In this document: positions 1 through 13,039 of the stretch, one piece after another
Position numbering within the stretch: position 1 is the stretch's first letter
Layout: each line of letters opens with the position of its first letter
NCBI RefSeq assembly: GCF_009914755.1
Contig: NC_060930.1
Origin: the human T2T-CHM13v2.0 reference genome, Homo sapiens
Direction: 5' to 3' (one strand)
DNA: 64,000 nucleotides
Position numbers and translations under genes: made by a program
The notes under the pieces: generated by a model
What the model saw: only the letters and a program-made list of their open reading frames with translations
Told to the model about the DNA's origin: nothing
Databases searched by the model: none

Positions 1-268
1 AAGACTCCTGGAATGAACTGATGAATTGATACGCACACTAGTTACATAAAATAAAATCTTTTTTAACTTTTTCAGTGTTTTACATTTTATAATTTTCTGT
101 GATGCAATTTAATACACTCATAATTCATTCATTCAGCCAAGAAAAAATAATTTAGTCCCTACAATGAACCAGGTATGCCCTCATATGCTCAAGTGCCTGA
201 CATTCTAGAAGCTTCACAAGAATGAGGTGGAGCCACTGGAGTGTTTTAGGTGGAGAAATGACACACTC

Positions 269-275
269 TGACTCA
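269..275 (+). promoter_or_regulatory. AP-1/CRE-like site (TGACTCA) in the HLA-G distal control region, about -1377
   Basis: Perfect TGACTCA about 1.37 kb upstream of the HLA-G ATG, where the known distal CRE/LCR element lies. The HLA-H paralogous position (~54281) reads CGACTCC. Confidence 0.6.
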
Positions 276-891
276 TAGTAGCAGGACCACTATAGAGAGA
301 ACACTCATGTAGCAGGTCATGGAACAGTGCTAGAGCCACAATTCAGGAGTGAGAGGGTGGTGGGGATTAAGGGGAGAAGAGGGCCTGAGGGATGAGAGGG
401 ACGGAGGGAAGGGCTGGAGGAGCAGGAGGTGAGGAAAAGGAGCAGAGGAAAGAATTCCAAAGCAGCGGAACTCTTAGGTTTAAACACATTGTTTTATAGA
501 TTTTATTACATCCATCTACAGAGCCTCGCTGGGTGTTCTTTGCAGTTGGCCTTTAATATCTTATGTGGGTCTGCCTAGAAACTAATTGTTTTTTATGTTA
601 ATCAGGTTTAAAAAATACTAAGTATTCCTAAAAAATATACACTCCACTCACATGTGGATACTTCCTAAAAACAGGCAGTGCATGAGCACTAGTGAGGGGC
701 ATTGTGACTGCACTGAACACTTACAACTGTGAGGTGAATAAAGTTTGTGCTGGCTCCTGGTTGCAACATATAGTAACATAGTGTGGTACTTTGTCTTGAG
801 GAGATGTCCTGGACTCACACGGAAACTTAGGGCTACGGAATGAAGGTAAATTTAAAATAAAACAAGCGGGAGTCACAGATACATTGTCTGG

Positions 892-903
892 GAAAGTGAA
901 ACT
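892..903 (+). promoter_or_regulatory. Distal ISRE/IRF site of HLA-G (about -754 to -743)
   Basis: GAAAGTGAAACT fits the IRF consensus and the position of the known HLA-G upstream ISRE. Confidence 0.65.
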
Positions 904-1442
904 TAAGAGCTTTGTGAGTCCTGTTGTAAGGCTTTTAGATGCATTTATATACCAACGGGCCAAAGTCACATTTTTTACCTATTAGATTCCTGATCATTCA
1001 GGGGTTACCAAGATTATGCTACCCACTATAGTTAATAAACAAAAAGCAAACTGGTCTCTATTCTATCTCATGCACTCAGGCACAACTTTTCCAGATTTAA
1101 GGGGGAAAAAAAACCCTGTCTTTACACCTACAATCCCAGGGCGAGCTCACTCTCTGGCACCAAGCTCCGTGGGGTGATTTTTCTTCTAGAAGAGTACAGG
1201 AGGACAGGCAAGGAGTGGGAGGCAGGGAGTCCAGTTCAGGGACAGGGATTCCGGGATGAAAAGTGAAGGGAGAGGGACAGGGACCTTGCCGAGGGTTTCT
1301 CCCTGGTTTCTCAGACAGCTCCTGGGCCAAGACTCAGGGAGACACTGAGACAGAACGCTTGGCACAAGAGTAGCGGGGTCAGGGCGAAGTCCCAGGGCCT
1401 CAAGCGTGGCTCTCAGGGTCTCAGGCCCCACAGGCGGTGTAT

Positions 1443-1601
1443 GGATTGGGGAGGCCCCGCGTTGGGGATTCTCTCCTCCTTCTCCTAACCTGTGTCGGGT
1501 CCTTCTTCCTGGATACTCACCGGGCGGCCCCAGTTCTCACTCCCATTAGGTGACAGGTTTTTAGAGAAGCCAATCAGCGTCGCCGCGGTCCTGGTTCTAA
1601 A
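1443..1601 (+). promoter_or_regulatory. HLA-G: HLA-G proximal promoter: altered enhancer A, no proximal ISRE, degenerate SXY, CCAAT box, TCTAAA box
   Basis: kB-like GGGGATTCTCTC near 1464, Y box reads ATTAGG, CCAAT at 1570-1574, TCTAAA at 1596-1601. The ISRE-like AGTTTCTCTTCT seen in HLA-H (~55492) is absent. Confidence 0.85.
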
Positions 1602-1645
1602 GTCCTCGCTCACCCACCCGGACTCATTCTCCCCAGACGCCAAGG

Positions 1646-4183
1646 ATGGTGGTCATGGCACCCCGAACCCTCTTCCTGCTACTCTCGGGGGCCCTGACCC
1701 TGACCGAGACCTGGGCGGGTGAGTGCGGGGTCAGGAGGGAAACGGCCCCTGCGCGGAGGAGGGAGGGGCCGGCCCGGCGGGGGCGCAGGACCCGGCAGCC
1801 GCGCCGGGAGGAGGGTCGGGCGGGTCTCAACCTCTCCTCGCCCCCAGGCTCCCACTCCATGAGGTATTTCAGCGCCGCCGTGTCCCGGCCCGGCCGCGGG
1901 GAGCCCCGCTTCATCGCCATGGGCTACGTGGACGACACGCAGTTCGTGCGGTTCGACAGCGACTCGGCGTGTCCGAGGATGGAGCCGCGGGCGCCGTGGG
2001 TGGAGCAGGAGGGGCCAGAGTATTGGGAAGAGGAGACACGGAACACCAAGGCCCACGCACAGACTGACAGAATGAACCTGCAGACCCTGCGCGGCTACTA
2101 CAACCAGAGCGAGGCCAGTGAGTAACCCCGGCCCAGGGCGCAGATCACGACCCCCCACCTCCATGCCCCACGGACGCCCCGGGTACTCCCGAGTCTCCGG
2201 GTCTGGGATCCACCCCGAGGCCGCGGGACCCGCCCAGACCCTCTACCTGGGAGAACCCCAGGCGCCTTTACCAAAATCCCTGCGGGTGGGTCCGGGCGAG
2301 GGCGAGGCTCGGTGGGCGGGGCTGACCGAAGGGGTGGGGCCAGGTTCTCATACCCTCCAGTGGATGATTGGCTGCGACCTGGGGTCCGACGGACGCCTCC
2401 TCCGCGGGTATGAACAGTATGCCTACGATGGCAAGGATTACCTCGCCCTGAACGAGGACCTGCGCTCCTGGACCGCAGCGGACACTGCGGCTCAGATCTC
2501 CAAGCGCAAGTGTGAGGCGGCCAATGTGGCTGAACAAAGGAGAGCCTACCTGGAGGGCACGTGCGTGGAGTGGCTCCACAGATACCTGGAGAACGGGAAG
2601 GAGATGCTGCAGCGCGCGGGTACCAGGGGCAGTGGGGCGCCTCCCTGATCTCCTGTAGACCTCCCAGCCTGGCCTAGCACAAGGAGAGGAGGAAAATGGG
2701 ACCAACACCAGAATATCGCCCTCCCTCTGGTCCTGAGGGAGAGGAATCCTCCTGGGTTTCCAGATCCTGTACCAGAGAGTGATTCTGAGGGCCCGTCCTG
2801 CTCTCTGGGACAATTAAGGGATGAAGTCTCTGAGGGAGTGGAGGGGAAGACAATCCCTGGAGGACTGATCAGGGGTTCCCTTTGACCCCACAGCAGCCTT
2901 GGCACCAGGACTTTTCCCCTCAGGCCTTGTTCTCTGCCTCACACTCAATGTGTGTGGGAGTCTGACTCCAGCTCCTCTGAGTCCCTTGGCCTCCACTCAG
3001 GTCAGAACCAGAGGTCCCTGCTCCCCCGCTCAGAGACTAGAACTTTCCAAGGAATAGGAGATTATCCCAGGTGCCCGTGTCCAGGCTGGTGTCTGGGTTC
3101 TGTGCTCCCTTCCCCACCCCAGGTATCTGGTTCATTCTTAGGATGGTCACATCCAGGTGCTGCTGGAGTGTCCCATGAGAGATGCAAAGTGCTTGAGTTT
3201 TCTGACTCTTCCTTTCAGACCCCCCCAAGACACACGTGACCCACCACCCTGTCTTTGACTATGAGGCCACCCTGAGGTGCTGGGCCCTGGGCTTCTACCC
3301 TGCGGAGATCATACTGACCTGGCAGCGGGATGGGGAGGACCAGACCCAGGACGTGGAGCTCGTGGAGACCAGGCCTGCAGGGGATGGAACCTTCCAGAAG
3401 TGGGCAGCTGTGGTGGTGCCTTCTGGAGAGGAGCAGAGATACATGTGCCATGTGCAGCATGAGGGGCTGCCGGAGCCCCTCATGCTGAGATGGAGTAAGG
3501 AGGGAGATGGAGGCATCATGTCTGTTAGGGAAAGCAGGAGCCTCTCTGAAGACCTTTAACAGGGTCGGTGGTGAGGCCTGGGGGTCAGAGACCCTCACCT
3601 TCACCTCCTTTCCCAGAGCAGTCTTCCCTGCCCACCATCCCCATCATGGGTATCGTTGCTGGTCTGGTTGTCCTTGCAGCTGTAGTCACTGGAGCTGCGG
3701 TCGCTGCTGTGCTGTGGAGGAAGAAGAGCTCAGGTAAGGAAGGGGTGACAAGTGGGGTCTGAGTTTTCTTGTCCCACTGGGGGTTTCAAGCCCCAGGTAG
3801 AAGTGCGCCCTGCCTGGTTACTGGGAAGCACCATCCACACTCATGGGCCTACCCAGCCTGGGCCCTGTGTGCCAGCACCTTCTCTTTTGTAAAGCACCTG
3901 TGACAATGAAGGACAGATTTATCACCTTGATGATTGTAGTGATGGGGACCTGATCCTAGTAATCACAGGTCAGGGGAAGGTCCCTGGCTAAGGACAGACC
4001 TTAGGAGGGCAGTTGGTCGAGGACCCACATCTGCTTTCCTTGTTTTTCCTGATCCCGCCCTGAGTCTGCAGTCACACATTTCTGGAAACTTCTCGAGGGT
4101 CCAAGACTAGGAGGTTCCTCTAGGACCTCATGGCCCTGCCACCTTTCTGGCCTCTCACAGGACGTTTTCTTCCCACAGATTGA
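1646..4183 (+). CDS. HLA-G: HLA-G heavy chain (G1 isoform, 338 aa). Coding exons 1646-1718, 1848-2117, 2344-2619, 3219-3494, 3617-3733, 4179-4183. Allele consistent with G*01:06
   Basis: Leader [15 protein letters not shown], alpha1 [15 protein letters not shown], Cys42 (1970-72), Cys147 (2511-13), short RKKSSD* tail with TGA at 4181-83. All GT/AG junctions checked; exon sizes 73/270/276/276/117. Confidence 0.99.
3495..3559 (+). other. HLA-G: Intron-4 read-through tail of soluble HLA-G5/G6 ([21 protein letters not shown])
   Basis: ORF 3236..3559 continues exon 4 in frame into intron 4 and ends at TAA 3557-59. Confidence 0.95.
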
Positions 4184-4353
4184 AAAGGAGGGAGCTACTC
4201 TCAGGCTGCAAGTAAGTATGAAGGAGGCTGATCCCTGAGATCCTTGGGATCTTGTGTTTGGGAGCCCATGGGGGAGCTCACCCACCCCACAATTCCTCCT
4301 CTGGCCACATCTCCTGTGGTCTCTGACCAGGTGCTGTTTTTGTTCTACTCTAG

Positions 4354-4401
4354 GCAGTGACAGTGCCCAGGGCTCTAATGTGTCTCTCACGGCTTGTAAA
4401 T
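4354..4401 (+). other. HLA-G: HLA-G vestigial exon 7 (skipped in mRNA)
   Basis: Class I exon-7 homology (GSDSAQGSNVSLTACK) with a weakened donor AAT|GTGAC, versus AAG|GTGAG in HLA-H. Confidence 0.85.
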
Positions 4402-4568
4402 GTGACACCCCGGGGGGCCTGATGTGTGTGGGTTGTTGAGGGAAACAGTGGACATAGCTGTGCTATGAGGTTTCTTTGACTTGAATGTATTGAGCATGTG
4501 ATGGGCTGTTTAAAGTGTCACCCCTCACTGTGACTGATATGAATTTGTTCATGAATATTTTTCTGTAG

Positions 4569-4918
4569 TGTGAAACAGCTGCCCTGTGTGGGACTGAGTG
4601 GCAAGATTTGTTCATGCCTTCCCTTTGTGACTTCAAGAACCCTGACTTCTCTTTCTGCAGAGACCAGCCCACCCCTGTGCCCACCATGACCCTCTTCCTC
4701 ATGCTGAACTGCATTCCTTCCCCAATCACCTTTCCTGTTCCAGAAAAGGGGCTGGGATGTCTCCGTCTCTGTCTCAAATTTGTGGTGCACTGAGCTATAA
4801 CTTACTTCTGTATTAAAATTAGAATCTGAGTATAAATTTAGTTTTTCAAATTATTTCCAAGAGAGATTGATGGGTTAATTAAAGGAGAAGATTCCTGAAA
4901 TTTGAGAGACAAAATAAA
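4569..4918 (+). other. HLA-G: HLA-G terminal exon/3'UTR with the 14-bp insertion (4606-4619) and AATAAA (4913-4918)
   Basis: Acceptor AG at 4567-68; ATTTGTTCATGCCT at +2961; poly(A) signal. Confidence 0.93.
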
Positions 4919-5241
4919 TGGAAGACATGAGAACTTTCCACAGTACACGTGTTTCTTGTGCTGATTTGTTGCAGGAGAGGAGAGTAGATGGGGCTGCGCC
5001 CAGTGGGTGCTCAGGCCACCATGAACTTTATGTGGTCACTGCTCAGCTGGGTCATCTTTGCTGCTCCATTGTCCTTGGCCCTTCAGTAGAACCTTGTCCC
5101 ACCAGGACCTGTGATCACATAGACTTGGATATCACCTAGGGTGGTCCCTACACTTAGAAGTTCCTGTGTTATCAGAAGAAAAATTTTCAGACCCCTACAC
5201 CTCTTCCCCTCCTTCCAGGTCTCTTTCAATTGTATTTTCCA

Positions 5242-5550
<309 letters not shown>

Positions 5551-6133
5551 TTCCCCAACCTTCTTAAAGGAAGCAGATTCTGAAACTTCCCGAGAGGAGA
5601 GGTCCCAGAGTTTTTCATTGTAGTTTACTTTCTGTTGGAACTCCTCTTCTGCTCTCTCTCCTACTCTTCTTCCTGCCCTGAGTTGTAGTAATCCTATTGC
5701 TGGCTCCAAACCAAACTCATGGATTTGTAAAGCAGAGTCTAATTTAGATTCATATGTGGTTGGATAATTGGAGCCATAAGCCTTGGGTTATCTTTCCTCA
5801 AGAGACAAATATGGTTGTGTGCTGCAGTGTGCAGGAGGATTGGTGTGGGAGGAGGGAGGGAGGGAGGACACAAAAGCAGCCCTGGTGAGAAAAGCACTGG
5901 TGCATTTATATCCACATGAGATAATATTGTTCCACAGCGGCTACAAAATGACATTTGGCCTGAGTCTACATTAATAAAGATATTGCCTTTAGAATAGGGG
6001 GGCGCACTACAGTAATCATCCATTCAAGTGGCATTTGTTGTCTGCTAGGTATTTGACTGTTTTTGCATTTAGAAAACATCGTTAAAGTAAAAACAGAAAA
6101 ATTTCTGGCCTTGTCGTGTATACATTCTAGATG

Positions 6134-6365
6134 CAAGCTTGTCCAACCTGCAGCTCTCGGGATGCATGTGGCCCAGGACAGCTTTAGAATGTGACGATTT
6201 TTTTGCTTATCTGTAGTGGCAGATATCATGAAAATTATCCATGCATTTTTTTTCTTTTTTCTATTTTTTTCTGCTCATCAGCTGTCATTAGTGTATTTTT
6301 TGTGTGGCTCAAGACAATTCTTCTTCCTATGTGACCCAGGGAAGCCAAAAGATTGGACACCTCTG
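6134..6365 (-). mobile_element. MER30 (hAT-Charlie) DNA transposon
   Basis: AAGACAATTCTTCTTCC...GGGAAGCCAAAAGATTGGACAC matches the recalled MER30 consensus, with imperfect TIRs (TGTCCAA...TTGGACA). Confidence 0.75.
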
Positions 6366-6399
6366 CAGGCAGATGATATAGTATAAGCAGAGTAGGAAC

Positions 6400-7180
6400 A
6401 GAAAATGCTTGAGTTAGAAGGTGGCAAGTGCTGTGTGGCAGGTGATCCAGAGGGTGGGCTGTGGGTACAGGGAGGTGGCTGTTGTGCTGGGTGGTCAGCA
6501 TGGGCCTTGTTGCAAATGTGACCTTGGAGTAAAGATTTGAGGGATGTGAGGAGTTGTCTACACGGATGTCTCAGAAAGTTCTTTTCAGGCAGGGAAACCT
6601 TCAGTGCAGATGCACTAGGGCAGGAAATTGTCTGTGTTCCTGGAAGGAGGAAGAGGCCAGAAGTGTTGAACAGAGAGAAACTGAAATGAAGTCAGAGGTG
6701 TGCCCAGAGCAGGTTGCCCTGGAGGGTGTGGGAAGGATGTTGACCTTTGCTCTGAATGACATGGGGAGTTAGAGGACAGTTTTGGAAAGTGGGACATGGT
6801 AGGACTTATCCTTTGAAAGCTTCTCTCTGGCTGCTGTGCTGAGAACAGAATTGAGAGGTGGGGGACTAGTGAGGCAGTGGGAAAAACGGTGGGAAAGGAG
6901 TGCAGTATTCCAGGATGGAGACGTCGCTTACCTTGACTGGGGTGTGAGCAGGGGAAATAGTGGGAAGTGATGGGATTCTGGATGAATTCACAGCACTTGC
7001 TAATGGATTTATCTGTGGTGTGAGAAAGAAGAATCAAGGACACCCACAGTATTGGACTGAGTGAGCAGAAGGGTGGAGCTGCTGTCAGTGGAGATGGGGA
7101 GACTCTGGCAGGAGCATACAGAGGAGAGGGCATTGCAGGCATCCAGTGGAGGTGACATCTACGAGGAATGAAGGTGAGGG
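6400..7180. mobile_element. Old L2 fragments
   Basis: Purine-rich degenerate L2-like text; boundaries approximate. Confidence 0.45.
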
Positions 7181-7805
7181 GCCCAGATGCCTCTGCAGCT
7201 ACAGATTCATCATCCAATCACTATCCTACTTCCACCACCCCTGTGTCTCAGAGCCAGAGCATTGATTCTCCCCTGTGCTGTCTGCACAGGTAGGTGAAAG
7301 TCAGGGAAGTTATGGTCTGCTGTTGGTTATAATAAGTCACAGATTATTGTGCTTTCTCAGATAATTAAAGAAATAACAAGAGAATTTGTAACTAGAACAC
7401 TTACTGAGAAGACCACAATAATGCAAAGTTTTTTATTCATCTAAAGAAGGCAACAGAAGAAAAATAGTTGAGCAAGAAAGATAATATTAGAAGGCAGTAA
7501 ATGAAAATGGACAGACTTAAACCCAATGAGGTCAACAATGACATTAAACGTAATGGACTCAGACACTCCAATTACAAGACAAATAGTGCAGAGGGATAAA
7601 AATAAATAAGTAAATAAATAAATAACCGTAGGCTATTTACAAAAGCCATAATTTCAGTAGAAGGTACAGAAAAGTTGAAAGTAAAAAGATAGAAAAGAAA
7701 TACCAGACAAACATTCATGAAAGACCACATGGAGATGCCATTTAGAAAAATTACAGCACATGAGTCTCCTGAGACATAGAGTACATGTAGACAGCTCACA
7801 GTGTC

Positions 7806-7961
7806 TTTTTCCTTTTTTTCAGAGACAGGGTCTGTTGCCCAGGTTGAAATGCAATGGTGATATCAGACCTTACTGTAACCTCAAACTCCTGGGCTGAAGC
7901 AATTCTCCTGCCTCAGCCTTCTGAGTAGCTAGGACGAGAAGCCTGTGCCGCCACACCTGGC
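7806..7961 (-). mobile_element. Alu monomer (FLAM/AluJ-like)
   Basis: T-tract followed by a single reverse Alu arm. Confidence 0.8.
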
Positions 7962-8469
7962 TATAATGTCTCATTTTCTCATTTGCTGTGGTGTGAACAA
8001 GGAAACAATATCATACCATGTATTTGACTTGCAGCAGGTACACAACAAATGTCAGGTGAATGAAGAAATAAAACCACTTAGTAATCCAAGCCATATCCAC
8101 ATTTACATTTTACAGGTGAGGAGCAACATCCCAGACAAGTAAAGTAAAATAAATTGATTTACATCATCCAGAGCAGAATCGAGAACACATTCCCTGTGCT
8201 AAAGGAATCAGAACTCTACTAGGGGTCATAGCAGATATCATGCAAGTCACATATGTTAATTACTAGAACTGGAGTTGATACATTTTGAGATATACTAAAC
8301 CAAGGGTTTGGAAGGATTAACTGAATGCAGAAATAAAGGAAGAAAATAGATTTGTTTAAAAGATGGTTAGAATCTTTAAAGAAACAACATCTTTTTAAAG
8401 TGGCCTTATGTGGACCAAAGCAGAGATGAGCTCAAATGTCAGGTGGGAAAATGCTTGACTAAATGCAGC

Positions 8470-8637
8470 TCTAGACCCAAGGGAGACCTAAAAATCCTGG
8501 GACATTTTCGGTTGTCACGTGGGGATTGGTGGGAGGGGGTGAGTGGGGTGCTGCTGGCAAACCTCCCACAATGCACAGGACAGACCACAAGGGATTCTCT
8601 GTCTCAAATTCTTAATAGGGCTGCTGTTGAGAAACCC
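8470..8637 (+). mobile_element. MER20 DNA transposon fragment
   Basis: GACATTTTCGGTTGTCAC...CAATGCACAGGACAG...GTTGAGAAACCC matches recalled MER20. Confidence 0.7.
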
Positions 8638-8699
8638 GCCCGAGAGGTAAGTGCTGTAATGTCCTCACCATTTCACAGATTAAGAAACTGAGGCACCAG

Positions 8700-9125
8700 G
8701 AAGAAAAGTGTCAGTAGGACCAGAGCTGAAGGTTGAATCCAGGCCACCTGGCTGCAGGGTCTTGGCTTCCCTGGTTAAGTCAGGGACCCAGGAGCCCACC
8801 ACAAACAATCCCAGCTGCGCGGTGCCTTCATGGTCTGTGGCGCCCCCTGGTGTTGACACTGGGCCTGTGGCCAAATGAGGCTTGAGGGAAAAGGAAAACG
8901 GGTTTAGGTAGCGGGATCTCCTTCAGGCTCTCCAGATTTCAAGCCATGACTTACACTCAGAAAAAATAATGTTCACCTTAATTATCTCCCCAACCCTGTT
9001 TTTCCCAGTTCCGGCCAGTACCCTCCCTCGACTCCATCAACATCAGTACCTGCCAGATGCCCAGCACCCACCATGTGAGGAGTGAAAATGCCCCAGGACT
9101 AAAGGACAAGATGACGTTCCACCCC
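8700..9125 (-). pseudogene. Highly decayed MIC exon 6 / intron 5 relic
   Basis: Internal paralogy to 25910-26340 (GAATCCAGGCCACCTGGCTGCAG vs CAATCCAGGCCGCCTGGCTGCAG; GACTCCATCAACATCAG; CCCCAGGAC(T/C)AAAGGACAAGA). The minus-strand translation TDHEGTAQLG...TLQPGGLD resembles the MIC tail. Confidence 0.65.
8837..8855 (-). promoter_or_regulatory. CTCF motif
   Basis: Minus strand reads CAACACCAGGGGGCGCCAC, close to the CTCF core consensus. Confidence 0.65.
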
Positions 9126-10249
9126 AGCCATCCCGCCCCTCCTAGAGCTCTAGCTCTGTGCATTTAGTGCTTAGGCTTTTAACCTGGGGTCCGCGAACCC
9201 ACTTTCCCATGACACTGCGTGCAGAAGTGATGTTACATGCACACATGACTTCATTACAGGACATTGGATATTAATATTCATCCGATCAACTGGGGGCCCA
9301 AGATACCACTCTTCCCCCAACAGTTTGTGATCCTCTGAATTAAAGAAAGGGCAGAGATTGAGGGAGGCCCTAACTCCAAATCTTCTACCACTTCTAGGGA
9401 AGTGCTGAAAAGAAGTGCAAGGTACTCAACCCGCTCTGGGAATACAGCAGGAAAGCAGAGTGTTCATGGATTTCGAATTCCATCAAAGAAATACAACTTT
9501 GGCAAAATATCCAAGTCACTTTTCTAAGCCCCAGGCAGCAGCTCAAAACAAACAACACCAAAAACAAAACAAAATCTCGGCCCAGGTGAAATCATTGAAG
9601 ACATAAAACTTTGTGAGACCTGTATTTAGAGCGAAGGACAATTCAATTTAGGGCTGCAGCAGAAAACCCCTACATCATATTGGGTTTTTCCTCATCATGA
9701 AGTTCTCCTGGAGGGACCTTCTCCCTTCAGCAGTGCATAGTGAGGCCATTTCTGTGTAAAAAGATAGAATCTCCTTGGATTCCTGATGTTTACATTTACT
9801 ACTCACTTCTTTGACTTTGTAGATGCCAACTTCACATTCAACATCTTTCAATTATTTTCTTTACTTTGTCTAAGCAGAGAATTTAAACTTGTTTCTGAAG
9901 CAGAAAACCAGGGACTGGTTATTTGAGCTATCACCCCACTCTGTGGCTCTCTTATGCAATAAGCATAAGAGATTGTGGGCCAACAGAATTTGTAGCAAGA
10001 TAAACATAAACCCTTCATTTCAGCCTATGTTTCTGTTTGTCTGGTGATGTTCCAGTCTTGCTCCAGTCTTAACATTTTAAAAAGTATAATTTTACTTAAA
10101 TTTCATTTTATAGGAAGTCATATATATTCATTTCTGTTAGGTTTCTCAGTGAAAGCCTCCTCAAAACAACTGTGAAGTAAAGACATGTAAATAAATTCAT
10201 GGTGCTCCCATGTATTCGTGCTCATTGCATCTTACAAATGTGTCAGCCC

Positions 10250-11800
<1,551 letters not shown>

Positions 11801-12459
11801 ATATATCAACACCAAATCCAATCACTTCTCACTCCTCTGCCACCTCCACCCCAGAACCATCCTCACTAGGATAGAAAACCGGAAGGGCCTTCCAGCTGGG
11901 CTGCCTGCTGACTCTCATGCCCACTGTCCATCACCCACACAACAGAGAGAGCGTGCCTTTCCAATGGGAATTAGGGCATATCCTATGAACGCTCCAGCTC
12001 CTTCCCTTCTTAGGCACAAGGAAACCCCAGTTTCCCACCATTTCCTATGCACTCCTTATCACAGGGTCCCCTCTGGCCACTTTGGCCTCATCCCATTACT
12101 CTCAGCCTAGCTCATTCTTCTCCACTCACACCAGTTTCTTGTCTACTCCACCCTGTCTCCACCACCTGCCCCTGCTGTGACTCCCACATGCATGTGCTGC
12201 CCAGTGATCCACATGGCTCACTCCTCACACCATTAAGGTCCCTGCTTAAATGTCCCATGGTCAAGTGTTCAGAAATGTCTTGTCCAGTGACCTCTTCTGA
12301 AATCTATCCCCTGCCATTCCCACCACCGCCACCAATCTTCTAACCCAAGCATATTTTTCTTAATGGCAATTATCAGTGATACTATGACAGGTTTTATTTG
12401 TTTATTGTCTGTTGATTTATTAAGGTTACCAAGAAAGAAAGAACCAATAGCATAGGTAC

Positions 12460-12519
12460 ATAGATGATAGATAGATAATAGATAGATAGATGATAGATGA
12501 TAGATAGATGTTAGATGAT

Positions 12520-12557
<38 letters not shown>

Positions 12558-12576
12558 CAGACAGATAGATAGATAG
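12460..12576 (+). repeat. Compound (GATA)n/(GACA)n microsatellite
   Basis: Direct reading. Confidence 0.95.
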
Positions 12577-13005
12577 GTGATTTATTGGGCTAATTGGCTC
12601 ACACAATTATGGAGGCTGAGAAGTCCCATGATAGACTGTCTGGAAGCTGGAGAACTAGAAAAGCCAGTAGCGTGGCTCAGTCCAAAGTCAAAGCCCTGAG
12701 GACCCAGAATACAGAACAGGAGGATAAAGGGGCTCACTGGTGCAAAAGTCAGAGTCCAAAGATCATCGAACCTGGAGTTTTGATGTCCAAGGCAGGAGAA
12801 GAAGGGTGTCCCAGCCCCAGTTCCAGAGAGAGAGACAGAGACAGAGAGAGACAGAGAGACAGAGACAGAGAGAAATTTTACTTCTATCTACCTTTCTGTT
12901 CTATCTGGGCCACTAGGTGATTGGACTGTGGCTGCCCACAGTGAGAGAGCATCTTCCCCACCAGTCCACCCACTCACATCCCTTCCAGAAAAACTCTCAC
13001 AGACA
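12577..13005. mobile_element. MLT2 (ERVL) LTR
   Basis: AATTGGCTCACACAATTATGGAGGCTGAGAAGTCCCA...CTGGAGA matches recalled MLT2; contains an internal (GA/GACA) tract. Confidence 0.7.
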
Positions 13006-13039
13006 CTGGTTTAATACTTACAATTTGAGTAGTCTATAA

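Noticed and set aside
2398-2462. HLA-G*01:05N null or G*01:04 allele
   Set aside because: Codon 130 CTG (2460-62) is intact with a 276-nt exon 3, and codon 110 is CTC (Leu).
1624-2905. Overlapping antisense and alternate-frame ORFs across HLA-G (and likewise HLA-H 55446-57021)
   Set aside because: By-products of the CpG-island base composition of class I exons 1-3.
6615-7217. 200-aa minus-strand ORF
   Set aside because: Lies within decayed L2-like sequence; no domain or splice support.
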